Below, in pieces: positions 38,290-48,186 of a stretch of 64,000 bases of DNA. Position 1 is the stretch's first letter, and each line of letters begins with the position of its first letter. The notes under the pieces were generated by a model that was given only the letters and a program-made list of their open reading frames with translations, did not search any database and was not told the DNA's origin. The position numbers and the translations under genes were made by a program. Source of the stretch: Candidatus Latescibacterota bacterium (lineage in GTDB: Bacteria > Latescibacterota > UBA2968); contig OZ244960.1 in the NCBI GenBank assembly GCA_965222605.1, positions 5,312,001-5,376,000 of the forward strand, written 5' to 3'.

Positions 38290-40491
38290 ATGGAGGAAGA
38301 CATGATTGGACCACGGTTGAGTGATGCGGCATTTTTTGAGGCACTCGATTTGTCGCGCGCGGATATGAGAGCTGTGAAAAGAGCTATAGAAGCGCAAGAT
38401 TGGGCGGGTGCGCGGCGTGCGTTTGCAGAACATATTCGCACGCGGGAAAATCCGAAGTGGTTTTCGGATTGGCGAAATCGGTCAGAGCCACAGGATCGGG
38501 ATGCAGAGGTCGAACTGGTGCGCGTGGGAGATCGTGCGATCAGAGATGTTGATCTCGAAAAGGCCGATCGCATTGCGGCAAATACGCTGATGAGTTGCGA
38601 TGTGGAAGAGGCATTTGGGGATGTGATCAATTGGGAATTGGATCCGATCAATTACAGGGAATGGACGTGGCAGTTGTCGCGCCATCCTTTTTGGGTCGCA
38701 CTGGGGCAGGCGTATTGGAAAACGGGTGATGAAAAATATGCCGAGGCATTCAGGCAGCAGATGCGACACTGGATCGAACATGTGCTGATGCCGGTGGGTG
38801 AGGATGGCAATACCTGGAAAGAGGATGCAGAGATGGGTACGGATCGCACGAATTGCTGGCGCACGATTGAGTGTGGGATTCGTATGGGGCAGACGTGGCC
38901 TGCGGCGTTTTATTATTTTCTTTCGTCTGAAACATTTGGTGATGAAGATGTGTGTTTGATGGTGAAAAGTATGGTCGAACACGCGCGGCATCTCACGCTA
39001 TGGCCGCGCGGTGGCAACTGGCAGACGATGCAGGCCAATGGGCAATATCACGTTGGAGCGCTGTTTCCCGAGTTCAAAGAAGCCGCAAGCTGGCGCGAGA
39101 TTGCCATGCAGTCGCTGTATGAGGAACTGGATGAGCAGGTTTATCCCGATGGCGCGCAGATTGAGTTGTCGAGTGGGTATCATCAGGTGAGTTTGCGAAA
39201 TTTTGTGATGGCACTCGCGATTGCGCGGTTGAATGATTTGCCCATGCCGGCGGATTATGTCGCAAAATTGGAGCGTATGTATCACTACAATCTATATCTG
39301 GCTATGCCCAATTTGCGATTGCCCGCGCTTAATGACGGCGGGCAGACGGATATTGCGCCCTATATGCAGGGTGGATTCAGGTTTTTTTTAGAACGGACTG
39401 ATTTTCAATGGGCGGGTTCTGGGCGTGCTGAAGGAACAAAGCCGGAAATCCTGTCGTGCGCTTTTCCCTACGCGGGGCATTTTGCCATGCGTTCGGGATG
39501 GGAACCGGATGATCTCTATCTCTTTTTTGACGGCGGTCCGTTTGGCTATGGGCATCAGCACGAAGATAAGCTGAATATCATGCTTTACGCACATGGTCGT
39601 GTGCATGTGGTGGATCCGGGGAATTATCCATACGATTCATCACAGTGGCGCGCTTATGTGCTGTCAACCCGCGCGCACAATACGGTGATGGTGGATGGAA
39701 TGGAGCAAAATCAGCGTGGAAAATCACGGGAGGAGTACGTGGTATCCGAGCCGCTGCCGCATAAGTGGATTTCAAATGAGAAATGCGATTATGTGTCGGC
39801 GAGTTACGATTTGGGATATGGACCTGAGCGGGATCAGACCGTCACGCATACGCGGTCAATTTTGTTTGTGAAACCCGAGTTTTGGATTGTGACGGAGATT
39901 CTCAAGCCCTCGGATGAGGCGTCTCACACGTATGAAGCGATGTTTCATCTCGATGCGGATGACGCCGAGGTACTGGCGAATGGTCGCGATGTTATGACAA
40001 AAAATAGTGCGGGTGAGAGCAATCTGGGCATTTATGCCATTTCTACAAAGCCGATAGATGTGCGTATTGTAAGTGGACAGGAAGAACCGACCGTGCAGGG
40101 GTGGATTCCTCGAGGGGGACCCTATCAGTGTGAACCGATTCCAACGGCAATTTTCAAAGCAGAAGGCGATGGCTCCACGCTGATGTCATACGTTTTATAT
40201 CCCGTGAAAGCAGGTGAAGAATCACCTGTGTCACATGTGGAACACATTCACGCGGTGGGGGACAACGGGCGAGTTGCGATTGCCGGGCGGGTTGCGTTGC
40301 GCGATGGGAGGGAGATTTATTTTGTGCAATCAGAAGCGGGCAAAGGTAGGATACGCGTTTCTGATGGGGAAACCGATGTCGAAGCCGGCGCGATGGAATT
40401 GGTCGATGGATGGGTAAACAAAATAGTTCTCGCAAATGGACAAATGGTGCGGGTATATGGGCAGGAGATTCGGGAGGGGCAATTGCTGTAA
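38290..40491 (+). CDS. Heparinase II/III family polysaccharide lyase
   Basis: 'WQLSRH', 'GNW', 'PDG.Q.ELS..YH', 'MRSGW', 'GHQHED.L', 'T.AHNTV.VDG..Q'. Confidence 0.9.
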   Translation: MEEDMIGPRLSDAAFFEALDLSRADMRAVKRAIEAQDWAGARRAFAEHIRTRENPKWFSDWRNRSEPQDRDAEVELVRVGDRAIRDVDLEKADRIAANTLMSCDVEEAFGDVINWELDPINYREWTWQLSRHPFWVALGQAYWKTGDEKYAEAFRQQMRHWIEHVLMPVGEDGNTWKEDAEMGTDRTNCWRTIECGIRMGQTWPAAFYYFLSSETFGDEDVCLMVKSMVEHARHLTLWPRGGNWQTMQANGQYHVGALFPEFKEAASWREIAMQSLYEELDEQVYPDGAQIELSSGYHQVSLRNFVMALAIARLNDLPMPADYVAKLERMYHYNLYLAMPNLRLPALNDGGQTDIAPYMQGGFRFFLERTDFQWAGSGRAEGTKPEILSCAFPYAGHFAMRSGWEPDDLYLFFDGGPFGYGHQHEDKLNIMLYAHGRVHVVDPGNYPYDSSQWRAYVLSTRAHNTVMVDGMEQNQRGKSREEYVVSEPLPHKWISNEKCDYVSASYDLGYGPERDQTVTHTRSILFVKPEFWIVTEILKPSDEASHTYEAMFHLDADDAEVLANGRDVMTKNSAGESNLGIYAISTKPIDVRIVSGQEEPTVQGWIPRGGPYQCEPIPTAIFKAEGDGSTLMSYVLYPVKAGEESPVSHVEHIHAVGDNGRVAIAGRVALRDGREIYFVQSEAGKGRIRVSDGETDVEAGAMELVDGWVNKIVLANGQMVRVYGQEIREGQLL

Positions 40492-40499
40492 GGGGTAAG

Positions 40500-40673
40500 A
40501 GACGAGATGTGTTTGCACGAGATTCCCTATTCGTGTGGGCAATCACTTCTAATCGCAAACACCGCCATCGTTATCCGTTGTTATTCGAAGATTACGATCA
40601 TTTGAAGGTTGTGGTATTGAATTCGCCCAGAGAAATGTACCAGTGGCTACGAGAGACTTTTCCCGAGAAATAG
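40500..40673 (+). pseudogene. Possible C-terminal remnant of an adenylate-kinase-like (FlaR-type) protein
   Basis: 'DSLFVWAI....RHRYP...YDHLKVVVLNSPRE..QWL' resembles that family's C-terminus (recognised from memory). Confidence 0.45.
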
Positions 40674-40696
40674 AGGTTAGAAATCAGCGGCATATC

Positions 40697-42610
40697 ATGA
40701 CGCCAAAAGCATTGACGGTTGGGGTTCTGGTCGTTGTTGCGGTGAATTTGTTGGCGCCGTTTTCCGAGTGGATTGTGCGATCTACGCTGTTGACGACCAA
40801 TTATTTTCCGTTGGGATTGGCGGCGTTGTTCATTTTTGTGGTTGTGGTCTTGAATCCAGTTTTGAAGACAGTGAAGCGCGATGGGGGATTGACGGGTGAT
40901 GAATTGGGCGTGGTCTATACGATGCTTTTGGCCGCGGTATCAGTGCCGACTTATGGCGTGACCGGTTATGTGATTTCCGTGTCGGCTTCGCCCTTTTATT
41001 TTGCGACAACTGAGAATGGCTGGGGCGAATTTATACACGACCATGTGCCCCTGTGGGCTGTGCCCGGAGGCGGACGCGCAGTGGCATGGTTTTTTGAGGG
41101 ATTGCCACCGGGCGCGAAAATTCCATGGGAAGTGTGGATTATGCCGCTGTTCTGGTGGGGATCGGTAATTGTCGCAACACTGACGCTTTGCACTTGTCTC
41201 ATTGCAGTATTTCGCAAGCAGTGGGTAGATAAAGAGCGGCTGAATTTCCCCCTGGTTGATGTGCCGTTGGCGATGATGGATGGCGCCGAAGATGGTCGAA
41301 TTTTGCCAAAATTTATGCGTAGTCGCTTGTTCTGGATCGGTTTTGCCATTGCCGCCGGCAAAATTGCGTGGAATGTGCCGGGTTATTTTTTTGAGGGTTG
41401 GCCGAGTATTCCCGCTATTCGATTGAGTATTCCGGGCGGGCAGGTTTGGCCGGGGATTTCGACAAATTTTTCACTGCCTCTGGTGGGGATTACGTATTTT
41501 GTCAATGTGGATGTGATTTTTAGTGTGTGGTTTTTCAATTTGTTCAATATGGCCGAGGTCGCGCTGTTTAATCGCACGGGGTTTACTATTGGCACATCAG
41601 AGGTTTATTCGGTTAGTCCAGCGGCGTTGGGATGGCAGGGGTTTGGGGCATTTGCGGCGATTGTGATGGGTGGTGTTTGGGTCGCGCGCGAACATTTGTG
41701 CGGGGTGTGGCGAACCGCATTGGGAAAGGCCGATGGCGTTTCAGACCGAGATGAGATCATGGGGTATCGCACGGCACTGATAGGGATTGCGCTCGGGGTT
41801 GTGTACATTCTTTTTTGGTTGACGCGCATTGGTATCCACCCGGGTGTGGCTTTGTTGCTTCTCTTTGCGGTTATTACGCTTTATCTGGGCCTGACGCGCA
41901 TTGTGATTGAGGGGGGATTGGTTTTTGTGCGGGGGCCTCTCGTGCCGCAGGCTTATGCGATGCATCTCATTGGACCGGCGGATTTGACGGGTTCAACGAT
42001 GACGGGACTGGGATTGTCGTATGGATGGGCGTGTGATCCTATCGCCACATTTATGCCTTTTGGCGCAAATGCTGCGCGTGTACACAGCGAGCAGCGGTTT
42101 CCGCGAGGCGTTTATCTCTCCGCGGTTGGATTGGCACTGGGTATCAGTTTGGTCGTGTCTTTTTATTTTTCGCTCAAACTGGCGTATGCTTCGGGCGCGT
42201 ACAATTTTGGCGAGTGGGTATTTCGCCGCGGCGGGCAGGTGCCTTATGATACGGTTGTGGCGAAAATTAAGGCGGCAGAGACGCTCAAATTTGGTCATTT
42301 TGCGTTTTTGGGTATTGGCGCGCTCGTGACAGTTTTGCTGACGTATTTGCGCCATCGGTTCGCCTGGTGGCGCTTGCATCCCATCGGGTTTTCAATTGCT
42401 TCTGTGGGACAAGTGAGGCGGACTTTGTTGTCGCTATTTGTTGCCTGGGCGATTAAAACACTTTTGATTCGTTTTGGCGGTTTGATGCTGTACAACGGCG
42501 CAAAGCCTTTTTTTGTCGGTCTCGTCGTGGGGCACTTTTCTGGCGCTGGCGTGTCGTTCATCATCGATGCGTTGTGGTTTCGCGGACATGGGCACAGTTT
42601 GTATTTTTGA
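40697..42610 (+). CDS. DUF6785/DUF6784-like polytopic membrane protein (putative transporter)
   Basis: Many TM helices; 'RKQW..KERL.FPL..VP', 'WWRLHPIG', 'KPFF.GL..G'. Confidence 0.75.
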   Translation: MTPKALTVGVLVVVAVNLLAPFSEWIVRSTLLTTNYFPLGLAALFIFVVVVLNPVLKTVKRDGGLTGDELGVVYTMLLAAVSVPTYGVTGYVISVSASPFYFATTENGWGEFIHDHVPLWAVPGGGRAVAWFFEGLPPGAKIPWEVWIMPLFWWGSVIVATLTLCTCLIAVFRKQWVDKERLNFPLVDVPLAMMDGAEDGRILPKFMRSRLFWIGFAIAAGKIAWNVPGYFFEGWPSIPAIRLSIPGGQVWPGISTNFSLPLVGITYFVNVDVIFSVWFFNLFNMAEVALFNRTGFTIGTSEVYSVSPAALGWQGFGAFAAIVMGGVWVAREHLCGVWRTALGKADGVSDRDEIMGYRTALIGIALGVVYILFWLTRIGIHPGVALLLLFAVITLYLGLTRIVIEGGLVFVRGPLVPQAYAMHLIGPADLTGSTMTGLGLSYGWACDPIATFMPFGANAARVHSEQRFPRGVYLSAVGLALGISLVVSFYFSLKLAYASGAYNFGEWVFRRGGQVPYDTVVAKIKAAETLKFGHFAFLGIGALVTVLLTYLRHRFAWWRLHPIGFSIASVGQVRRTLLSLFVAWAIKTLLIRFGGLMLYNGAKPFFVGLVVGHFSGAGVSFIIDALWFRGHGHSLYF

Positions 42611-42651
42611 GAAGGATAAAAAAGAACTAAAAAAAATAAAGGAGATTTGTA

Positions 42652-44076
42652 ATGAATGTGATTTGTATTTGTCTGGATACGTTTCGCGCCGATATTGTAG
42701 GACCAAATCAGAAGCTGAGTTTTGTCGAGACGCCGAATCTGGATGCGTTTGCAGCCGAATCTGTGGTGTTTGATCGGGCTTTCGGGGAATGCCAGCCGAC
42801 GTTGCAGACGCGGCGGAGTTTGTTTACGGGACGGCGTACTTTTCCCTGGCGATACAATTTTGACCGGCGCGGGCACTGGCATCACGCACCTGGTTGGCAC
42901 AAAATTCCGCCAGAACAAGATACGCTTTCTGAAATTTTGGTAGCAAACGGGTATATGACCGGATTGGTCGCCGATACGTATCACATGTTTAAGCCGACGA
43001 TGAATTATACGCGCGGATTTGTGACTTATGATTTTATTCGTGGACAGGAGAGCGACAACTGGCGGTTTGGCGCGCGGGAAACGATTGAAGATTTATTGCG
43101 CCCGCATGTGCGTGAACCGATCAACTGGGATCGGCATGTTGGGCTGATGCAGTACATGTTCAATCAGAAGTTTCGACAACGCGAGGAGGATTACAGTTGT
43201 GCGCGTGTGTTTCGGCGCGCGGCGGATTGGCTGAGTGAGAATACACACAATGCGCCGTTTTTTCTGTGGGTCGATTCTTTTGATCCGCACGAACCATGGG
43301 ATCCGCCGCGGGAATATGTGGATCGGTACATGCCCGGTTGGGATGGGAAAGATTTTATAACACCGGGGGCTGGAAACGAAGGCGATGGGGTGAGCGATGC
43401 AGAAAGAGAGCGGATCAAGGCGCTTTATTTTGGCGAGGTCACGCTGGTGGATCGCTGGGTGGGGCACTTGCTGGATCGGGTAAATGATCTGGGTTTGAAA
43501 GATGATACGATTGTGATGTTGATGTCAGATCACGGCACGCAGGTACTGGATCACGGACACTTTGGCAAAGGGGCAGATCGCCTGCATCCGTACAACACGC
43601 GGTTGAACTGGATGGTGCGACATCCCGATGTGTGCAAGCGCGTTTCGGGTTTTGTTCAGGCGCACGATTTGTTGCCCACTGTGTTGGGATTGTTGGGTAT
43701 TCCCTGCCAGGCGGTGGATGGGACAGATGTCTGGCCGCTGGTGACAGGAGAAGTGGATGCTGTGCGGGATCACGTTGTGATTGGGTGGGCTGCTTTTTCA
43801 ACCGGGCCAGCCACGGGCAGGGCATCGGTGCGCGATGATCAGTGGAATTATACGGTGAGTTTGGATGATGTAAAAAATGAGGAACTCTTTGATCTTGTAG
43901 CCGATCCCGATGAGAATACCAATGTCGCCTCGGATCATCTCGACGTGGTGGCTTTGCAAAGATCGCGTATCCAGGCAGTGATTCACCAACCCCTGCCCGC
44001 CACGTTTAACGAAGTGTGTGACCACGCGCCAGCACCGAGTGCTATGTTTGTGCAGGGGAGAAAAAGAATGGGGTGA
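42652..44076 (+). CDS. Sulfatase-like alkaline-phosphatase-superfamily enzyme with a non-canonical active-site motif
   Basis: 'DTFRAD', 'PTLQTRRSLFTG', 'DPHEPWDPP', 'SDHG'. Confidence 0.85.
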   Translation: MNVICICLDTFRADIVGPNQKLSFVETPNLDAFAAESVVFDRAFGECQPTLQTRRSLFTGRRTFPWRYNFDRRGHWHHAPGWHKIPPEQDTLSEILVANGYMTGLVADTYHMFKPTMNYTRGFVTYDFIRGQESDNWRFGARETIEDLLRPHVREPINWDRHVGLMQYMFNQKFRQREEDYSCARVFRRAADWLSENTHNAPFFLWVDSFDPHEPWDPPREYVDRYMPGWDGKDFITPGAGNEGDGVSDAERERIKALYFGEVTLVDRWVGHLLDRVNDLGLKDDTIVMLMSDHGTQVLDHGHFGKGADRLHPYNTRLNWMVRHPDVCKRVSGFVQAHDLLPTVLGLLGIPCQAVDGTDVWPLVTGEVDAVRDHVVIGWAAFSTGPATGRASVRDDQWNYTVSLDDVKNEELFDLVADPDENTNVASDHLDVVALQRSRIQAVIHQPLPATFNEVCDHAPAPSAMFVQGRKRMG

Positions 44077-44258
44077 ATGGGGGAGATTGCAAAATGCTCA
44101 AAAAAAATTTTGGAATATTTTTCTGTGCGGTAATTTTAGGTCAAAGTGCGTGTAATAATATTGATCATGAGGGAATAGAAGACGGGCAAGTAGGTAAGGG
44201 TTCACTTGTCCACTATTATCATAATGGCAAATGGCTAAAACTTACGGGGGCTGATTAA
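44073..44258 (+). CDS. Short hypothetical protein or lipoprotein remnant
   Basis: 61 aa, 'QSAC' after a hydrophobic stretch; AT-rich. Confidence 0.3.
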   Translation: MNGGDCKMLKKNFGIFFCAVILGQSACNNIDHEGIEDGQVGKGSLVHYYHNGKWLKLTGAD

Positions 44259-44294
44259 TAGGTTGCCACGATCTATAAATATTAAGTCACCGAA

Positions 44295-44912
44295 CTATTG
44301 AGATCTTTCTGAGTTGCGCCCCTGCGGACTGCCCAATTCACAAAGTCGTTTGACAAAATAACGAGCACTGGGGCACTGAGAATGCCGGGCGGCCCGTCTG
44401 ACATCAAACCTGTGATCGCGAATAAATTTTCTGGCAAAAGAGAGCTTTGTTGACCCTGGCCCTCTGCCCTTTTGGGTGCGGAGTTTCTTCAGCCGGTCCC
44501 AGGGCATTTCAGCCAATGTTTCTGGATGAGTTTCGCAAAAGGCGTCATCCCCCAACCACTGGCGCATCGCCATCGTATCGGCGAGAAACCACGATTCCAT
44601 CGACTTTTTCGCTATCGCGACCAGGTCAATTCCTTGGCAGCCAATGATCTCTTTGCGTTTTTGCACACACGGCGCACAGGTATCGGGATCAAGGTCAGCG
44701 AGCACAACTACCTTATTCGGTTTTGCACTCGTCCTGAGATTTTTGACGAAGGTTTCGATGTTACGACTACACATGTTACCGTTGCCAGCAGCATCAACTA
44801 CCGGATCAACCACTTCCAGGTTGCAGTCCTCACGTAGCCATTTCCGAAACAATTTGCTTTCGACCAGCCGTTTTTCTGAAGCACCTTCCACCACGAACCC
44901 CACGGTCACCAT
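44295..44912 (-). CDS. TOPRIM-like (DUF4276/RloB-type) putative nuclease
   Basis: 'GFVVEGASE', DxD 'ADLD', 'ESWFLAD', 'S..YF'; start overlaps the ATPase stop. Confidence 0.7.
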   Translation of the reverse strand: MVTVGFVVEGASEKRLVESKLFRKWLREDCNLEVVDPVVDAAGNGNMCSRNIETFVKNLRTSAKPNKVVVLADLDPDTCAPCVQKRKEIIGCQGIDLVAIAKKSMESWFLADTMAMRQWLGDDAFCETHPETLAEMPWDRLKKLRTQKGRGPGSTKLSFARKFIRDHRFDVRRAARHSQCPSARYFVKRLCELGSPQGRNSERSQ

Positions 44913-46048
44913 GGCAGCCCCCCACCCAGAAGATTCGAAAGCCATACTTCATCAAGGCCTAACGGAGCCATATCCTCCTCGGAGAGATTTACAGCATCAG
45001 CCCGCTTCATGGTCGTACGGCCGTCAACCTTATCCACGAGAATGAGTTCACTCGGTTTAAGTGCGCGAACAACAGACTCGCTATGAGTGGTCAACCATAT
45101 CGGATTTTCAGGCGAAGCCTGCTGTCGCATCATATCTACTAGTTCTCGGATAGCTTTGGCGTGCAGCCCTCTCTCTGGCTCCTCAATCAAAGTCATTCCA
45201 CCCTGTGAAGGAGTGCCTATCACAGCTACCAATAAACAAAGTGCGTACATCGTCCCGTCTGAAACGAGATGGGCTGGAAACCGCCTTTCAGTCCCTTCTT
45301 CCTTGAACATAAGGGTGATGCTGCCATCGAGTCTCTGCTGTTCAGTCTGGATATTTTCAATCCCTGGAACAATCATCTCCATCCAGTCTAAAATGTTCTC
45401 GCGCACTTCCGGATCGGTCTCTAAGTACTGCAAGACACTTGCCAGATTGTGCCCCTTTCGCTCTAATCGCATTGAATAAAAATCAGATATCTCTGGCTCT
45501 TTTGCTCCCGTAGGCTCAATCCGATACACATTTAAATTTCTCAGGAGTTCGGCAAAGGGGTGCTCTGAGGCAAACCATAATGCCGAATGAATACCCGGAA
45601 GATCGATTTCGAGAGGTTCGCCATTCACGTCGTATGTCGATAATTCGCGCTTTTTTCGTGCAACAAGTTGTTGCCCATTGGCGTACAAATATTCTTCAAT
45701 TATGGGTTCCTCTTTGGGGTCGTGAATGCACAATGAGTAGTGAAATGCCGATGGCGTTTCTGACTGATCTTCGCAAAGATCGCATTCGATTTCAAAATAG
45801 AATTTTTTGGAATCTGCCCCATGACGCTTCACCGAATGGATATTTGCAAAGTCCCCATGTCTATGCAGCGCGTTTTCAATTCCGTAACGCACAAAGAGAC
45901 TGACAAAATCCAGCGCATCAAAAAAATTACTTTTGCCCGAGCCATTTGCTCCCGCGAATACCGAGAAGGAGGAAAGGCCCGTTATCTCCAAAGAGTCAAT
46001 GCTCTTGAAGTTGGCGATCTTCAATTTGCGGATGGGTTTATCGCTCAT
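44906..46048 (-). CDS. AAA_21/AAA_15 ABC-type ATPase
   Basis: 'NFKSI', Walker A 'GANGSGKS', 'SDGT', Walker B 'LIEEPERGLH', 'TTHS'. Confidence 0.9.
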   Translation of the reverse strand: MSDKPIRKLKIANFKSIDSLEITGLSSFSVFAGANGSGKSNFFDALDFVSLFVRYGIENALHRHGDFANIHSVKRHGADSKKFYFEIECDLCEDQSETPSAFHYSLCIHDPKEEPIIEEYLYANGQQLVARKKRELSTYDVNGEPLEIDLPGIHSALWFASEHPFAELLRNLNVYRIEPTGAKEPEISDFYSMRLERKGHNLASVLQYLETDPEVRENILDWMEMIVPGIENIQTEQQRLDGSITLMFKEEGTERRFPAHLVSDGTMYALCLLVAVIGTPSQGGMTLIEEPERGLHAKAIRELVDMMRQQASPENPIWLTTHSESVVRALKPSELILVDKVDGRTTMKRADAVNLSEEDMAPLGLDEVWLSNLLGGGLPW

Positions 46049-46150
46049 GGCTACACCTTGTATAAATACACTGGTTTAACGGTATTGTGCGACCTGATTA
46101 TCCAAATGCTCCCAAAACTATAGATGATTGTGGGTATTGATAGTTTCTCC

Positions 46151-46822
46151 TTAAACCACCACAGGATCGCTATTTTTTGCGGCTTGCCAGGCACGCCAGT
46201 CGTTCAAGAAGCGTTCCAGACCGATGTCGGTTAGGGGGTGTGCGAGCAACTTGCCCAGGACATCGGGCGGAAGAGTCGCCACATCTGCGCCAGCGAGGGC
46301 GCATTCGACGACGTGTTTGGGCGATCGCAAACTCGCGGCCAGCACCTGGGTTTCAAATCCGTAATTGTCGTAAATCTGGCGAATCGTCCCAATCAATTCC
46401 ATGCCGTCTTGCCCCAAATCATCCAGGCGGCCAATAAATGGGCTGATATAAGTCGCGCCTGCTTTGGCGGCCATCAGTGCCTGGTTTGCAGAAAAGCACA
46501 GCGTTACATTCACGCGAATCCCTTCATCTGAACACGCTTTGATCGCTTTTAGACCATCTGGCGTAATCGGAATTTTCACGACCACCTGTTCGTGAATCGC
46601 AGCATTTCGGCGCGCTTCGGCGATCATGCCTTCGGTATCGGTGCTCACCACTTCTGCACTCACTGGTCCATCTACAATTTCGCAAATCGCGCGAATAATG
46701 TCTTCAAATTCTCCTTCTTCCTGTGATATATGAGAAGGATTTGTCGTCACGCCATCCAGCACACCCATGGCCTGGGCTTCGCGGATTTCGTCTAAATTGG
46801 CTGTATCGATGAAGAACTTCAT
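46151..46822 (-). CDS. fsa: Transaldolase / fructose-6-phosphate aldolase
   Basis: 'MKFFIDTAN', 'GVTTNPS', 'VVKIP', 'SPFIGRLDD', 'HPLTD.GL'. Confidence 0.95.
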   Translation of the reverse strand: MKFFIDTANLDEIREAQAMGVLDGVTTNPSHISQEEGEFEDIIRAICEIVDGPVSAEVVSTDTEGMIAEARRNAAIHEQVVVKIPITPDGLKAIKACSDEGIRVNVTLCFSANQALMAAKAGATYISPFIGRLDDLGQDGMELIGTIRQIYDNYGFETQVLAASLRSPKHVVECALAGADVATLPPDVLGKLLAHPLTDIGLERFLNDWRAWQAAKNSDPVVV

Positions 46823-46835
46823 ATATGCCTCCTTG

Positions 46836-47882
46836 TTAAAATACGCGCTCTACCAAAAATGAACACATTTCTCTGAGCACTTCTCTCGATTCTGATGGGG
46901 GCAACTGGGCAAGGCGTGCTTCGGCAGATTCGGCGCGTGTCTGGCAAGTCCGTTGCGCTTTTTCAATTGCGCCATATCTCACCATCAAGTCAATCACCCA
47001 CTCGACTTCTTCCTGCGATGTTGTATCTCGATCTCGATCCAGAATTTCGCGCACTTTTTGATTTTCCCCTGGCGTACAGTGGTTGAGCAAATCAATGACC
47101 ATCAAGGTGCGCTTGCCTTCGGCGATGTCCCCGCCGCGCTCTTTGCCATATCCTCCGGATGTCGTCGTGGGTGCTAATGTTGCATCGGTATCTTCAACGA
47201 CGAGATTGAGCAAGTCATCGCGAATTTGAAACGCAACGGCAATGGCTTCGCCAAAATCGCCGATCGCCCGCTTCATATCATTGCCAGCATTTGCAATAAT
47301 CGCGCCCATGGTACAGGGTCCGCGACCGCTATACCATCCCGTTTTGCGCCGCAGCATGTCAACAAAGTCGCTTACATCGGGAATGACTTCGGCCTCGATC
47401 CAACCGATATCCAGTGCCTGCCCCTCAAATGTTATTTGTGCGCCCTGGATCATTTCACGAAGCAAATCGAGCGTTGTTGTTTCCCCTAAAATGTCGCGAT
47501 TTGCCTGTAATATTTCAAATACCTTGGAATAAAGCGCGTCGCCCACGTTAATGCTCAGTGGAATCCCGTGTATCAGATGCAAGCACGGCTTTCCGCGCCG
47601 CATCAAAGAGGCATCCTCAATATCGTCGTGTACCAGAGCAAAGGACTGAAACAACTCAAAAGCAGCAGCCGTGTGCAACCCCACATTGGGATCACCGCCA
47701 AATGCTTCAATGCCCAGCAGCACCAGTGCTGATCTAAACCGCTTGCCACCGCGTTGGGGATAATCGCGCATTGGCGCGTATAAAAAATCAACCGGGTCTT
47801 TATTTTTTGGCAAGAACCGATACATTTCCTCGTCAATGCGAGGCATCCAGGTTTCCAAATAATTTTTTAATCGCGTTTCCAT
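46836..47882 (-). CDS. Polyprenyl diphosphate synthase (GGPP synthase-like)
   Basis: 'GGKRFR', FARM 'LVHDDIED...RRG', 'GQALD', 'KT', SARM 'FQIRDD', 'DIAEGK'. Confidence 0.93.
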   Translation of the reverse strand: METRLKNYLETWMPRIDEEMYRFLPKNKDPVDFLYAPMRDYPQRGGKRFRSALVLLGIEAFGGDPNVGLHTAAAFELFQSFALVHDDIEDASLMRRGKPCLHLIHGIPLSINVGDALYSKVFEILQANRDILGETTTLDLLREMIQGAQITFEGQALDIGWIEAEVIPDVSDFVDMLRRKTGWYSGRGPCTMGAIIANAGNDMKRAIGDFGEAIAVAFQIRDDLLNLVVEDTDATLAPTTTSGGYGKERGGDIAEGKRTLMVIDLLNHCTPGENQKVREILDRDRDTTSQEEVEWVIDLMVRYGAIEKAQRTCQTRAESAEARLAQLPPSESREVLREMCSFLVERVF

Positions 47883-47964
47883 TTTATCAAATAGCCCGTA
47901 AAACCCATCAGCTTTAGCGGTGGGCTATAAGGGCTTCCTTTTTTAGCTTTAGCGTATATGAACG

Positions 47965-47993
47965 TTGACATACAGCCAAAGTGTGACTATCCT
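47965..47993 (+). promoter_or_regulatory. sigma-70 promoter inside the element
   Basis: TTGACA-N17-TATCCT. Confidence 0.6.
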
Positions 47994-48000
47994 AATATCA

Positions 48001-48186
48001 GGTATGGAGTTCTACACAAAACATACCACCGGTGTAGGTAAAACCTATGGGTCAGACCATACGTGGTCTGCTTTCACCAGTGAACAAGATATATAGCTTT
48101 GCCTATTGGTCCAGGACGATGTACCAAGGTGGGGTTAATCACCGAAAAGCCCACTCGCAGAGACGTTCACGGTTGGGAGTCGTCAC
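48001..48186 (+). ncRNA. Candidate TnpB omega-RNA-like structured RNA
   Basis: Consecutive hairpins GGTATG/CATACC, TAGGT/ACCTA, CAGACCA/TGGTCTG, TTCAC/GTGAA, TTGGT/ACCAA, GGTG/CACC, then the right-end hairpin and TCAC. Confidence 0.5.

Larger units (their letters stand above)
47888..48186 (+). mobile_element. 299-bp non-autonomous IS200/IS605-type element (PATE/MITE-like)
   Basis: Left hairpin CCCATCAGCTTTAGCGGTGGG, right hairpin AAGCCCAC...GTTGGGAG ending TCAC, preceded by TTTAT, no TSD; excision recreates a clean operon junction. Confidence 0.8.
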
